A stretch of 64,000 nucleotides of DNA from Sarea resinae (Eukaryota). The position numbers and the translations under genes were made by a program. Positions within the stretch are counted from its first letter, which is position 1. Each line of letters starts with the position of its first letter. The notes under the pieces were generated by a model that saw only the letters and a list, made by a program, of their open reading frames with translations, was not told the DNA's origin and searched no databases. The stretch spans positions 1 to 64,000 of the forward strand of contig JAPEUD010000095.1 of assembly GCA_026026165.1 (NCBI GenBank), written 5' to 3'. Shown here piece after piece: positions 48,851 through 62,377 of the stretch.

Positions 48851-49601
48851 AGGATATTGCATTAGTAAGGAGAAAGAATCTCGCGCGGACATTGCATTCA
48901 ATTTAGCATGTATCAGGGTGTTTTGCTTACCTGCTCTTCTGGCGTTTGGTTTTCATGAATATTTTGAAAGATACCCCCATCATTGTTACGGCGCGACACG
49001 GGTGTGCTATGGGAGAGCATTCGCAGCCATTTGATATGGATACTGCCGCGCGCCTTGATGGTCGCTTGTTTCACACCAAATGCTGGGCATGATTTCTTTT
49101 GTAGATATTACCTGCATCTGCCTTTCTCTTTGCTCTATCGTTGTGAATGGCACAGCTGGCTGTTGTCATTTGCGACTCGAGTGCAAAGACGTACGAGCTT
49201 TCGCTCCTTTTTTCCTTCACGGATAGTCTGATAAATCAATGATTCAATGACACTGATCTACGCTGATCACTAACAAATTGTGCGCTCTGAAGACACGACA
49301 AACCTTACTGCGCGTAGTGTGAGATCATGAACGAATGCCAGTTGAAGACTCCCTACCGAGACAGGACAGTCCCCAGTAATATATATTGCGTATTCTTGTA
49401 ATATATAGCTCCAAATATAGCAAAGACAAGTTTCGTTCGCCTCTACTCCCCACGATAAATGCAGAAAGCCTTCCCATGCCCACGAGAGGCCACCATCTAG
49501 AAGCCAGCCCTTTCATCCTTCCGACAACAAGACCAAATTACCCACAATTTGCTAATCATAACAGCATGATGATCGAAAATGGAGCGCCACGAAGGGCGGG
49601 A

Positions 49602-50557
49602 CTATAAGTAGTCCTTTTTCCTGCTAGTCCTGGTATATTGATTCATATGCCATTCGACGTCTCCATCTTTATTCTCGAGCGTTCCACCCCTAATCTCAAA
49701 CAGCCTCATCGTCATCCTCGGGCCCACCTCGGCCAGTTCCACGCTCTGGTAGCCTGTCTTCACAAAGACGTGGTGTCGTACCTCGATGCTATCCTCGATG
49801 TTCTTGAACGTGACTACTCGGCTGCCCAGCTTATGCGTGGCTTCTCGGGGTGGGAAGAGGTGTTTCAGGATCTTGACTACGCGCCGCCCCAGTCGGCTGG
49901 TGAATCCCTCGAAGATCAGGTGCGGGTAGCTCTCTGAGACTGTACCACGGACGGCGCCGGGGATGTCGTGCCGGAGGACCACATTGTGTAGCGAAAACGA
50001 CGCTGTTGGCCCATGTGGGAAATGCGATACGGTAAGGGCTGTCGGGGTGCCACGGTGCTCGTGAAGAAGCATGAGGTCCGACAAGCCAGAGGACACGGCC
50101 GAGGAGACGAGATTCGGTAAGACGAGATTTCCTCGATTCAATCGTATGGCCGTGGGCAGGAGAAGTCTGATCTCCTTGGCAAAGGAGGAGAGGCGCGAGG
50201 AGGGATCTCGGGAGGTGGTGACCAAGACTCTCGGATCGACGATGCCGCTCAGCTGGGCGTACTCGTCGTCGAGGTCGAGTTCTTCCTCGGTCGTCCGATC
50301 TGGCCGCGACTCGTCGTATTTGAAGTCTTTCCGCAGCTCCTTGTCATTTGCGATCTCGGGTGCTAATGGCTTGCCGCTGGCGAGAGATGCCTTCAGCTTC
50401 GCTCTCTTCTCTGCGATCTCGGCATCTCGGAGGGTGAGAGCTCGGCGGTAGAGATAGTCTCGTCTTTGTCGTGCTTGTCGTCTCTGCCGTCGGTGAGGAC
50501 GAATTAGCTTCTGTCCTGTCGTGGAGCAAAAGTTGTGGAATGAGGACTTACAATCAT
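49602..50557 (-). CDS. IMP4: U3 snoRNP protein Imp4 (Brix domain)
   Basis: ATG ATT, intron 50551-50484, then [55 protein letters not shown]. Confidence 0.97.
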
Positions 50558-51134
50558 TTTGCGCGGCAGATGGCAAAGCAGCTTCAGTTGATTTCCAGTC
50601 AAGTCTTGCGCAAAATGTTTATATCATCAACGGCAATAGCGAAAAGTTGAATACTGAAAACGGCGTGCCTCCGGATGACCACAGAAGCCCAAAACGCAAC
50701 ATGCGCTTGGCCTCCCACCCACCGTAGTGGGCTCGGTAGTAAGGTAAGCCCGTTGCCTTCGCCCTCAAATATCATATGGAGTCAGTAGTAGTGAAGTGTA
50801 TTCTCTGTGTTCGCTGTATTCTCGCGACGACCTTCTACTCCATTATCGTCGGTCAATCCACGGCCAGCTCTTTCGGTGTTTGACCCTCAAACCGCACATC
50901 AGGGTCGACCCTTTCCAGGAAGGGTTTGAGAGCGAAAGAAAGAATATCGGATGAACTAGGGCATGGCCTATCTTGGTACTTGCGCCACCTACTACTTCCA
51001 CCTGCCAGCAATCTCTACCCATTCGAAGTTAGGGTTCTATCCTGTGAGACGTCACGATCGTCCGGCCTGAAGGCTTCGTGAGTACTGCGCAATAGGACAT
51101 CAAAGGTTGAAGAGGTAGAGCCACAATCACGATC

Positions 51135-54100
51135 ATGGAGGGGGCTTTTACACACCTGGGCAACCACCTGATCTCCGATTCGGCCTCTACAATCAACGCT
51201 GGAGACGATCTTTCGACCATTGATCCAGATGAGAGTATACTCGACCGAGAATATGGAAGGGGCAACCTCAGTGGAGGACCACAGAGACGGAGACATGACG
51301 ACGAAGAAGAAAGCGGAGAGATCTTCGACGATGATGACGCGGAAAGCTTGGCTAGTATGCCCGTCGAAGGTAGAAACGGAAAGCAAGGGCTGAAACCGGA
51401 TGAGGAAAAGGAGCTCCCCTCACATGCTTGCGCGTGAGTTATCCTGCACGAGATTTGCCAGTCTCGACTGGTCAAGGCGTTCCTCTGGCGAGACATGAAA
51501 AAGTCCGTCATCTAATATATCTCATATCACTGACATGTTTCAAATGCTATAGGTACTGTGGAATTCACAACCCAAGCAGCGTGGTCAAGTGCTTGGCATG
51601 CAGCAAGTGGTTTTGTAGCGCTCGTGGCAATACGTCGTCTTCGCATATAGTCAATCACTTAGTTCGTGCGCGGCATAAGGAGGTTCAGCTTCATCCCGGT
51701 TCCTCTCTCGGCGATACCGTCTTAGAATGTTACAACTGCGGAACGAAGAATGTTTTCCTCCTAGGATTCATTCCGGCGAAATCAGATACGGTTGTTGTCC
51801 TCCTTTGTCGACAACCGTGTGCTTCAATGCCGTCATCCAAGGACATGAACTGGGACATCTCGCGTTGGCAGCCACTTATTGAGGATCGATCATTCCTGCC
51901 TTGGCTTGTAGCTGCACCATCCGATCAGGAACAACTGCGCGCCAGACACCTGGCCCCGCAGATGATCGCCAAGTTGGAAGAGATGTGGAAGGAAAATGCC
52001 AATGCTACAGTCGCTGACCTTGAAAAGGGCGCTGGGGTTGACGACGAGCCAGCGCCAGTCTTACTTCGTTATGATGACGCTTATCAATATCAAAATGTCT
52101 TTGGGCCCTTAGTCAAAATCGAAGCTGATTACGACCGGAAGTTGAAGGAATCCCAATCTCAGGATGGCCTAATCGTCCGCTGGGATTTTGGCCTCAACAA
52201 CAAACATCTCGCAAGCTTCGTTCTTCCAAAGCTCGAACTTGGCGATGTCAAGCTTGCTGTTGGCGATGAAATGCGCCTGCGTTACGTTGGAGAATTACGA
52301 CCGCACTGGGAAGGTGTGGGTTATGTCATGAAAATTCCCAACAATCAATCCGACGAAGTCACCATCGAATTGCGTACCAAGGGTGACCACAAGTCGGTTC
52401 CTACGGACTGTACGCACAACTTCACTGCTGATTACGTCTGGAAGGCCACTTCTTTTGACCGCATGCAGTTGGCTATGAAGACTTTTGCGGTCGATGAGAT
52501 GAGTGTTTCGGGGTACATCTTTCACCGCTTGCTGGGCCACGAAGTTGCAGCTGCGCCCATGAAGACTCAAATGCCCAGAAAGTACAGCGTGCCTGGTCTT
52601 CCGGAATTAAACGGCAGCCAAATCAATGCAGTGAAGAGCGTTCTCCAGAAGCCCCTCAGCCTTATTCAGGGTCCACCCGGAACAGGCAAAACGGTCACCT
52701 CAGCTACCATCATCTACCATCTTGCCAAGATCAATGGAGGCCAAGTCCTAGTTTGTGCTCCGTCCAACGTTGCTGTCGACCAACTCTGCGAGCGAATTCA
52801 TCGAACGGGCTTGAAGACGGTGCGTGTAACGGCCAAGTCGAGAGAGGACGTCGAATCTCCCGTTCAATTCCTTTCATTGCATGAGCAAGTCCGTATGAAC
52901 GACACCAATGTCGAACTCACCAAACTCATTGAACTCAAGAATGAACTGAACGAGCTCTCGAGTCAGGACGAGAAGAAATTCAAGCAACTTACTAGAAGTG
53001 CTGAGCGGGAGATACTCAGCAATGCTGATGTAATCTGCTGTACCTGCGTCGGGGCGGGGGACCCGCGCCTCGCGAAGTTCAAATTCAGGACGGTGCTCAT
53101 TGACGAGTCTACCCAATCAGCCGAGCCGGAATGTATGATACCGCTTGTCTTGGGTTGTAAGCAGGTCGTCCTCGTCGGCGATCACCAACAGCTTGGTCCT
53201 GTCATCATGAACAAGAAAGCCGCGAAAGCCGGATTGAACCAATCTCTTTTTGAACGCCTGGTCATTCTTGGGTGCGCGCCGATCCGCTTGAATGTGCAAT
53301 ATCGAATGCACCCTTGTCTTTCGGAATTTCCTTCCAACATGTTCTATGAAGGTTCACTGCAGAATGGTGTCACGATGCAAGACCGTCTTCGTCGGGATGT
53401 TGATTTCCCATGGCCTGTAGCTGATTCGCCTATGATGTTTTGGTCCAACTTGGGAAATGAAGAAATCTCGGCATCCGGAACATCTTATCTCAATCGAACA
53501 GAGGCCTCTAACGTTGAAAAGATCATCACTCGCTTTTTCAAAGCCGGTGTTCAGCCGCAAGATATTGGAATCATCACCCCTTACGAAGGTCAGCGAAGCT
53601 ACGTTGTGACCTCGATGCAAGCGAACGGAACATTCAAAAAGGAAAATTACAAGGAAATCGAAGTGGCTTCCGTCGACGCCTTTCAAGGTCGTGAGAAGGA
53701 TTTCATTGTGCTTTCTTGCGTTCGTTCCAACGACCACCAGGGTATTGGCTTCCTTAGTGATCCTCGTCGTCTCAACGTCGCACTCACTCGGGCTAAATAT
53801 GGCTTAGTCATCTTGGGTAATCCCAAGGTGCTTTCCAAGCATCCCTTGTGGCATTATCTCTTGATGCATTTCAAGGAGCGTGATTGCTTGGTTGAGGGGC
53901 CGCTTTCAAATCTCCAGGTCTCTCTTCTACAGTTCAGCCGACCCAAGCATACATATCGTGGACCTCAGCGATACCAAATGGGGATGCAGAACACGTCAAG
54001 CGTAGGCTCTGGCGCACCGGGTCGAAATGGTATGAATGGGAAGAACTCCCGACAAGAGTACAACGATGCTGGTTCAGTGGTAGGCTATATTCCTGATGAC

Positions 54101-54595
54101 GTCTCCTCGGTCCATTCTTCTGCTCTTGGAGGCGTCGGCGTACCCTCTGCCTATCCGCCCATGTTCTCCGGGTTTACTGATACATGGCCTACGTTGCCTG
54201 GCGGCCGTCATGGAGCTGGGTCGAAGGGCAGGGCCAATGGAGCCGGCAGCGTAGCTGGCGAGTCAGTAGCCGCAAGCGATATCACCGACCTTACCAACGG
54301 ACCTGCGATTGACGGCTCGGGCGTGGCGCAAGGAGGTGTTAGCCTGGGCGGCGGAGTCAGCCTCAACGACCTGGGCAAGCAAGCTTCTCTCAGTCAATCG
54401 GATCGTTTGAAACGCTACGTCGAATCTGGGGGGCGAGGCAATGAGTCCGGAAGCGTCTTCGGTGGCAGCTCGGCCAGCATGCTCGGAGGCAGAATCACTC
54501 GTGGTGGTGGACCTGGCGCGGCTTTCGACGACGATGATGTCCGCAGTGTGTCTACAGCCTTTGCGAGTCAAGTTGGCCTGGGCAATTACGATTGA
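51135..54595 (+). CDS. NAM7: Nonsense-mediated decay RNA helicase Upf1/Nam7
   Basis: Intron 51434-51552; CH domain HACAYCGIH...[55 protein letters not shown]. Confidence 0.98.
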
Positions 54596-55666
54596 TTGGT
54601 CTTTTCGAGACTGCTGCGGTCAAATCGTAACTCTCGAACATGGACATCTGCTATCGAATGTGCATGATATGCCGGATCATCCGCCTCGTGACTAGGAAGA
54701 GAGCGTATGATGACCCCCCTGGGCTGGAACTTCGGAAGCTCCTAGGGCAGTCTGCCTGCACCGCGCGCAGTCTGCTAAGACCGACTATCCATAAGCGCAA
54801 GTCTTCCGGCAGAGGCTCTCCTAATTGACCGGGCTCTCACTCCTCCGCTCCGCTTATCAGTCGCTTTCGGCGGGAAGAGATGTCGGCGTCAGCTCTAAGT
54901 GACCGAGCGTCTCCGGCATGCTCGGTGGCGGCAGAACCGATGCACCTGAACCGAAGGAGGCCTAGCTGTGATTGGGGAAGCGGTTGAAATGCTATTCTCT
55001 CAATGCCATGCGATGATAGTAGCTCTCGTATCGTATCTTTAGTTTCCACAGACTGTTAACAATGCATGACCGTTCAAACAATAGCAATAGGTCTACCGTC
55101 TTCTAACCGTATCAATTGAGTTGTTGCTTTATGCCACGATACTACCGGGATGAGAAAATAATGCATCAGTGCCGGGGTCCGGGCCCATGGCACCCGCAGA
55201 CTGGAGTACATTAGCCCGTTCCTAGCTCTTGAGTCTTTCCCCACACGGAAACCCACGTCGCAGATCCATCGTCCAATCATCCAAACGAAACTTGGAGAGA
55301 GAGAAAGGGGGAAGAGATGGAGTAATTGGCACGTTTTCAATCACCATTCATCATCCATCTATTCCTTTTATTATTTCCCTTACGAGCCGTATACCCTGAA
55401 ATCCATATTGAGGTAAAGAAAAAGCTGTCTGAACGCCAAATAGAATTGGTTGTTGATCTGCCAAGGAGCGGAAATTCTAGTGGTGTGATTGGTATCGTCC
55501 GTGCTCCGAACCGCAATTTACGATCTACCGCGTCCTCTCTCTTCCTCATCTTCTTATTATTCGGCATTCTTCGTTCTGTCAGTCACCATTTACATAGATT
55601 TCTCCATCGTCTAACCATCTCCAAAGACACTCTTTCATTGCGGCCGTACAAGGAAAAGACAGAAGC

Positions 55667-56720
55667 ATGTCCGCCGCCCCATCTGCAGCGCCCGTGGCCA
55701 ACGGGGCAGCTGCCGCTCCTCCTACGACAGCGACAACAACGTCAACGCCACTGACTCCTGCAACAGCAGAATCGTTAGAAAGGCATTCAGTCGCACCCGC
55801 ATCAACATCAGCACCAGCGCCAGCATCAGCACCAGCACCGGCTTCAGCACCAGCAGGGGTAAAGACGGTCTCGATCCCGACATCCGACGAGCTTCCCACG
55901 GCGGCCATCTTGGCCAAGGCGGCGGAGCTGCCCGTGCTCTGCGCCGATGGCAGCGCGCGGCCGTTCAAGAGCCTGTACGCAGGCCAGAATTCCACGTCGC
56001 GCGTGCTCATCATCTTCGTGCGGCATTTTTTCTGCGGCGTAAGTCTCTGCCTCCCCTGCCTTTTCTCTCTCTCTCTCGCAGATCGTGCATCTACTATCCT
56101 TCGACCACCTATGCGCTCACTAACTCATCCATCACTGCCAGGCATGCGTCGACTTCCTGCAATCCCTCTCGTCCGGAATCCCGCCCGCCTCTCTTTCCAA
56201 CCTCGCGACCCCGACCTCGATCGTCGTCATCGGGTGCGGCGCCCCGTCGCTGATCGAAACCTACAGGAAAGAAACCGGGTGCCCGTACCCGATCTACGCG
56301 GACCCGAAGCGGGCGCTGTACAAGACGCTCGGCATGATCCGAAACCTAGGCCACGGCAATAAAGGCCCGCCCGCTTACCTGAAGCGCAGCAACATGCAGA
56401 TCGTGCTGCAGAGCCTGGTCAACATCCTCAAGGCGGGGCGGCAGATGTTCAAGGGCGGCGATCAGAAGCAGGACGGCGGCGAGTGGCTGTTCGACGAGGG
56501 CGAGCTGCGCTGGTGCCATCGCATGAGACATACCCACGATCATACGGAGATTGACGGGTTGCAGTCGGTGTTGGGCGTGCAGGGCCCGAGTGGGGGTGCA
56601 GCGGCGACAGTGGAAGACGCCGAGGATGACGAGGATGGGGAGATTACTCCCGTGGCACCTGCACATCCCGAGGCCGTGGCTGCGGCCGCCTTGGCCGAAA
56701 ACAAAGAGATGAATCCGTAG
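55667..56720 (+). CDS. AhpC/TSA-2 thioredoxin-like protein (PRXL2/AAED1-like)
   Basis: Intron 56039-56141 yields IFVRHFFCGACVDF (CxxC); PIYADPKRALYKTLGM; GDQKQDGGEWLF...WCHRMRHTHDHTE. Confidence 0.9.
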
Positions 56721-57279
56721 TCTCCAGGAGTGCGAGAGAGAATGCGGTGGAGGTGGCGGCGGCGGTGGCGTCGGCGGCGGCGAGACGGAAGGAAGGAAAG
56801 AAAAAAGCAAAGCAAAGGAAAGAAGAAATGAAGGAGCAAGAACACAAACCCGACCGTTTTCCGGTCACTGTCCCATTTTCTTTTGTTCCCTCCTCGATAC
56901 CGTCGTCACGTCATTCCTCTTTTCATTGCCAGTCTTCGTTTCTTGTTTGTTTCTTGGTTCATGTATACTATTGTATCGTGTTGTATTGTAGATCTTCATC
57001 TCAGATACCAGGTCTCGTTTTCCTTTCTTTCTCCACATCTGTCTCTTTCCTCTTCTCCTTCTCTACTTCTCCTTCTCCTTCTCTTTCTCTACTTCTCTCC
57101 CACATCTCTCACCGCACATCCCCCTTTCTATGAGGAGTGCTGCGGCTATATAGTAAATAGGGCAAGTAGGCATCAACCGGACGAGCCGGCGTGTTATAGT
57201 AGTCTTTTCTGGCTCACATGGGAACAGGTTCGCCTGTTCAGTACCTAAGGTAGATAGACCTTACTCTTTCACCATAACG

Positions 57280-58240
57280 CCCTCTGCCTCTGCCTCTGCC
57301 TCTGCCTCTCTCTCCTGCTTTTCCTTTCTAGCGCTTCTCATCTTTTACTCTTTCCCTCTTTTCCTCCGTCGTCGCCATCAACGGTATCGACCAAACGTCC
57401 GTCCTAGAGACAACACACAGCCCACAACCGACGACTAAACCAAGAGCCATCTCTCCTTTTTTTTCTTTTCTTTTCTCGTGATTCTCTCTCTCTGCTAGCC
57501 AGCTAGGGTTCCGGCTCTACGAGAGCAAGATACTGGGTTGTTGTAGATGTGGGTATAAGTGTGAGTGTGAGATTGAGGTTGTGTGTTAGTCTATCGATTC
57601 TATCCATCTACTGATCAATCGAGAAGTACTAATCTATTAATCTTCACACCGACTCTCTACTCCTGACCCTCTGCTGCCTGCCTACCTGCCTACCTGCCTA
57701 CCTGCCTACCTGCCATCTACTCTCTACTCCCTACTCTCTACTCCCTACTCCCTACTCCCTACTCCCTACTCCCTACTCTACTACCTACTCCCCACCCACT
57801 TATCCACCCATATCCACCCACCAATCCACCCACGCACACACATCTTACCCACTTCACAAACCCAACCAACACCGAACCCTCGCCCTCGGCCCCCGCCCCC
57901 TCCCCCCCTCGAACACTTGGCTGAACTCAATTGAAAAAGAGAGATCCAACAAATGGTCGAGAGCATACCCCTAGGGAGGTCACCCCCTCCTAGCGCTTTA
58001 GCTTTTCTGCGGATATCCGTACGTCTGTATGTACGTGTGTACGTGTGTACGTGTGTACGTACGAACGTGTGTAGCTACGAGAAGAGGAGAAGAGAAGCAT
58101 CACTGGTGAGAGTAGTAGTAGTAGCAGGGGTCAACAGCAGCAGCAGTAGTATAATACGTGATACGCTATAAATATAGGTATAAACAAATCTCCAAGAAGA
58201 TGTGCACGACACGCACGATCCAAACAAACAAACAAACAAG
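57280..58240. repeat. Cluster of simple repeats between convergent genes
   Basis: (CCTCTG)n ~57280-57308, (CCTGCCTA)n ~57676-57713, (CTACTCC)n ~57716-57790, (GTACGTGT)n ~58018-58070, (AAAC)n ~58222-58239. Confidence 0.9.
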
Positions 58241-58438
58241 AAACCGTTCCAAAAACGAGCGCTAGCTAGCTCGGAATAACATGGATGAACCCGCCTCCGT
58301 TGTAAATGCCCACGACAATGATGACGACAACAACAACAATATCAACAGAAAAAGATATGTGGTATATAAGTCCAATCCGTCCGGTCCGATGCGGATATGC
58401 AGGGAGATATGTAAAGAGAGAGAGAAAAGAAAGGAATT

Positions 58439-61400
58439 TCATGATGAAGACGTAGAAGTCTCATTCGAGGGCACCGGCGGAGTGGCAGCAGCAGCAGGAG
58501 CACCACCAGCAGGAGCACCACCAGCGGGCTTGGCGCCAGTAGGAGTACCGCCAGTAGGAGTCCCGCCGGCAGGAGTCCCGCCAGCAAAGATTACGCCGCC
58601 AGCAGGCGTCGGCGTAAAGCAAGGCGGGCCCTCGGTATTCAACTGTGTGATAAGCTGGGCCTCGCGAAACTTCTGGAAGCTCTCCGGGTCCTCTCGCTCG
58701 AGCATGTGGATCTCCTCCATGCGAACACCAATCTCGCGCAGCACCTCCTCGGCCCCGAGACGCATCACCTTCTCCTTGATCTCGTCGCCGTCCATCGCCT
58801 CGAGTTTCTCTCGCAGCTTGTGCAGAGATTCGCCGGCGGTGATGCATTTGGCCTCGTCGTGGTGCTCGTGCTCGAGGTCCTGCGACCGGAAGATGTCGCG
58901 CTTCATGCGTTGACCGAAGCGGTGCATCCGGCCTTCTTCGAGGGAGAGAGCGCGCGAAGCGAGCGAGACCTCCGAGGCATGGCGGCGGATTGCCGGTTGC
59001 TCTTCGACGTGCTCTTCCGCGGCTCCTGCTGGCTCCACGATCGTGACGTCTGCGTCGACGGCCGCCGGGCCCTGGGCGGGAAGCCCACTGTCCATGAGAG
59101 AGAGGTTCTCGAGGGAAGAGGCAATGCTGACCGAGTCGGACATTTCCGTCGGTCCTAGAGGTGGCTCCGGTGGTGCAGGTGTTTCACATCTGCATTCTGG
59201 ATACTCGTCCTCGAAGCGCTCGATCATCCTCTCTAAAGTATTGTCCAAGAATAGAAGTCGATCTGAAACAATTCATCAGCGAATCTCCTCGCGCAAAATG
59301 CTTCTCATACTTACGGTGGCCCATTTCATCACCAAATTTAGACTCACGCAGTAGCGCTTGCTGTAATCTCGATCTGATCTTCCGTGCGCTGTCCAATAGG
59401 GTCACAGAGACGTCTTTCGCCTTCTTCCGACTAGCTTTGGTCGGATCCGCTGGGAACGGGAACCCATTCTCAGAAGTGAGAGAAGCCCGCGACGGCCGAC
59501 GTGAGTCAGACGATCTGTTGCCCAGACAAACACCCAATGCCTTGACAAGACCAGTCCCACCAATGACATAGTCATCATCAGGAGCAGGTTCGTCGTCATC
59601 ATGGTTTTCCGGGAAGTCATCAAAGTGCCCAAGAAGACTGAGCAAGATATCAGGCACAGCCGAGACGGCCACTTGTTTGTCATCTGCCTCATCATCACCA
59701 GCCTTCTCAATGGCTTCCGCCACAGGGCCATGCTCCATGTTCCGCAGGCAATAAGCAACCACCTGCTTCGCGAGAGCTTGGACGACCTCGTTGGTCTCCG
59801 CACAGGGCACATCGATGTCGATGCTGACGATTGTACGAGACGCCCTGACTGCAGCCATCAGGGACGCATAAAGTGCACATGCTTCCTCTTGGCTAGACTC
59901 ATCCGTAGCCGAGGCGAGTGCGGAAATTTGAGGGTTCTCGAGAAGATTCAAATGGGCAATGCTTGGAGTCTCGGGGAGGACTTCCGAGAGAGAGATGGCA
60001 TGTTCAGCCGTCAATGAAACATCGGCTAGATGGATTCGTTTTAACTTGCGCATCTGCGGCAGGAACTCGCGAAGAAGCTTCAGAGCATTTTCATCCGACT
60101 TGAAGAGTTCTTTGTTGTGAGAGAGGTCGATGAAGCGGAAGTTCGGTATCGTGACGAGAGCTGGGAGCAAGGTAGATAATGATGAAGGGAGAAGATCGCA
60201 ATCTGCTAGACTCAGGGCATAGATTGAGCTCTTTTCGTTCAAGGCGTCGGAAAAGATGTGTAGAGTGTCCCGCAGATTATTGCCTGCAAGGTCCAAGCCC
60301 TCACACTTCCCAGATTGGACGAACTGCGAGACGTATGCCAAGCCCTCTGCTGTCAAATTGTTGCTTGCCAAACCAAGTCTCTTGAGTCCCCTTGCCGTAC
60401 AAGCCTCCGTGATCTTACCGATTTGTGCCGTCTCAAGACCACAGTCGTCCAGCGCTAACTCCTCGAGGTGTGAGCCAGCGACTCGGCCGGAAATTGCTTT
60501 CGATAGTAGACAGGACATGTCGGCAGGAAGATGCTTGCCGCTGGTGGTTTTGTGTATGTTTGAGTGGCCCCCAGACTGTGCATGCGGAAGACGAGGAAAT
60601 GGTATCCTAGATAGATCGACGGCGCGAAGGGAGTGCGACATATTGATGAAAAGACTGATATGTCGCCAGCCTTCTCGGCCAATCTTTGGATTGTTTTTGA
60701 ATGACAGCTTCTCAATGGCGCCATGCTTGAAGTCGGCAATCTCGCCGGTCGGGCCACAGATGGGCGCCTTCACCGCAAGTAATCCAGCCAAGACTATTCT
60801 TACTCCCTCGTCGGTCAATCCGCAATCTTCCAAGACGAGCTTCTTGACCGGTACTACAGCCAGATAGTCACCAAGAGTGATGACATCGGGAAACGGCATC
60901 CAATACCCGGACAGATCGAGGCTGTTCACCAATCCAGGAACACCAACCGCGCAGGAACTTGGGGCTGACAGCTGTTCCGTAATCTTCTTCAGAATACCCG
61001 ATTCCCGTAGCTGACAGCAGCGCCGGTATATACGCGCTGGGTCCGTCGTGGGCCTGTCTTGAAGCTTCGAGGGAGGGACTGACTTTGGGATGGATGAAGC
61101 AGCACTATCCTCACTACTCCTGACAAACTCCACGGGTATGATGCCGTTCGCCTCCGCCTCTTTGCGTCGCTTCTCTTTCCTTTCCTTGCGCTCTTCCTCT
61201 GACCGCTTCTTCTTCTCTTTTTTCCTGCTCGGTTCCTCCTTCTTCACCTCGACTGTCCCTTGTGGATTCGGAGAGTCAGCAGTGCCCACCTCTTCTGCGC
61301 TCACGCTAACGACACCATCTAACTCTTTCTGTTCGGTCACAGCTGCTGGATCCATGAGCGCCTCTCCCTCTCCTCGCTCTTTCAATTTGAGATCCATCTT

Positions 61401-62377
61401 CTTTGTAGCATCCGTCGATTCCAGGCTTGGGCCATTCGAAGTGCTTTGTTCCTCACTGTCGACATATCTCGAGGCACCGGCTATTTCCACGTCGACACAA
61501 AAGGCGACACGCTTCAACTTGGTCTGGTCCAATTCATGTACCTGGCATCTTTCCCGGTTGGGATCAACATTCAAGATTCGTCGCTTGCAGGCGGCTCCGT
61601 TGCAAGGCGGCTTTGTCGGTGTTGGTACCTGTGGGGCTGAAGACAACCTTCGCAATGCATTTGAGAAAAAAGACGGATGCTCTTTCTTCTGCGGTTGTGG
61701 TGTCGACTGCCGTTCTCCTTCCTCCTCTTCCTCATCGCTCTCGGTTGCTGGGTCGTCTTCAGGACCACTCGGAGTGGGGGTCGGTGCATGAGGAGGCTGT
61801 GATGACGCATCATCTTTTGGCGTCTCTGGAGCGCCATTGGCAGCTATCGGGACGGGGGGATCATGAGTGGGCGAGCTCGCTGATGAGGAGAATCGAGAGC
61901 TCAGACTGCTGATCCAAGAGGGTCGTCTTGCTGCCAGCTTGGCAGCATCTGCCTGCGAGGGTTGCGATGCGTCATTCTGTGCAGGAGCTGGGGGCACCTT
62001 TTCCGAGCTCGTACGGCTTCGAAGATGAGGTCGTCGGAGGTGTCGATGCGTACTTGGCGGTGGTGGTGGTGCCTCTGTTGCGTTGGAGTGCGAGTTATCG
62101 ATCGAGGTTCGGTCCCCGGCGGCTTGGACGCTCTCCCGGGGTGTTTTGGACGGGATTGGTGATGCCGTCCGAGAATGATCTTCGACGACAGAGCCGTTAG
62201 CATCGATCTGAGAGGAGCCCGAATGGTCGTCCTTGGAGACGATTCTTCGGAGTCGCAGGCGGAGAGCAGAGGCCGGGCGTTCCGTCGTCATTGCATCAAT
62301 TGTTTATCTCTAGGTAGCTACTCACCTTTATGTGAACGGTGCAGCCACGATTTATCGACACCGTGAGCGCCTTCCAT
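58439..62377 (-). CDS. MHP1: Mhp1/Gip3-like leucine-rich-repeat (RNI-like) protein, probable PP1 regulator
   Basis: Exon 1 62377-62326 (MEGAHGVDKSWLHRSHK), introns 62325-62180 and 59314-59263; RRILNVDPNRERC, LKRVAFCVDVEIAG (RVxF), TTDPARIYRRCCQLRE, LRRs, LFLDNTLERMIERFEDEYPE, EEGRMHRFGQ. Confidence 0.88.
58490..58590 (-). repeat. 15-bp coding tandem repeat (GGTPA-like, ~6 copies)
   Basis: AGGTPAGGTPTGGTPTGAKPAGGAPAGGAPA at the C-terminus of the Mhp1-like protein. Confidence 0.85.

Noticed and set aside
51428..51552. ORF-track N-terminus of UPF1 (MRVSYPARD...)
   Set aside because: Read-through of intron 51434-51552; true start is 51135.
56346..58913. Low-complexity ORFs in and around the convergent intergenic region
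   Set aside because: Products of microsatellites and antisense frames of real genes.
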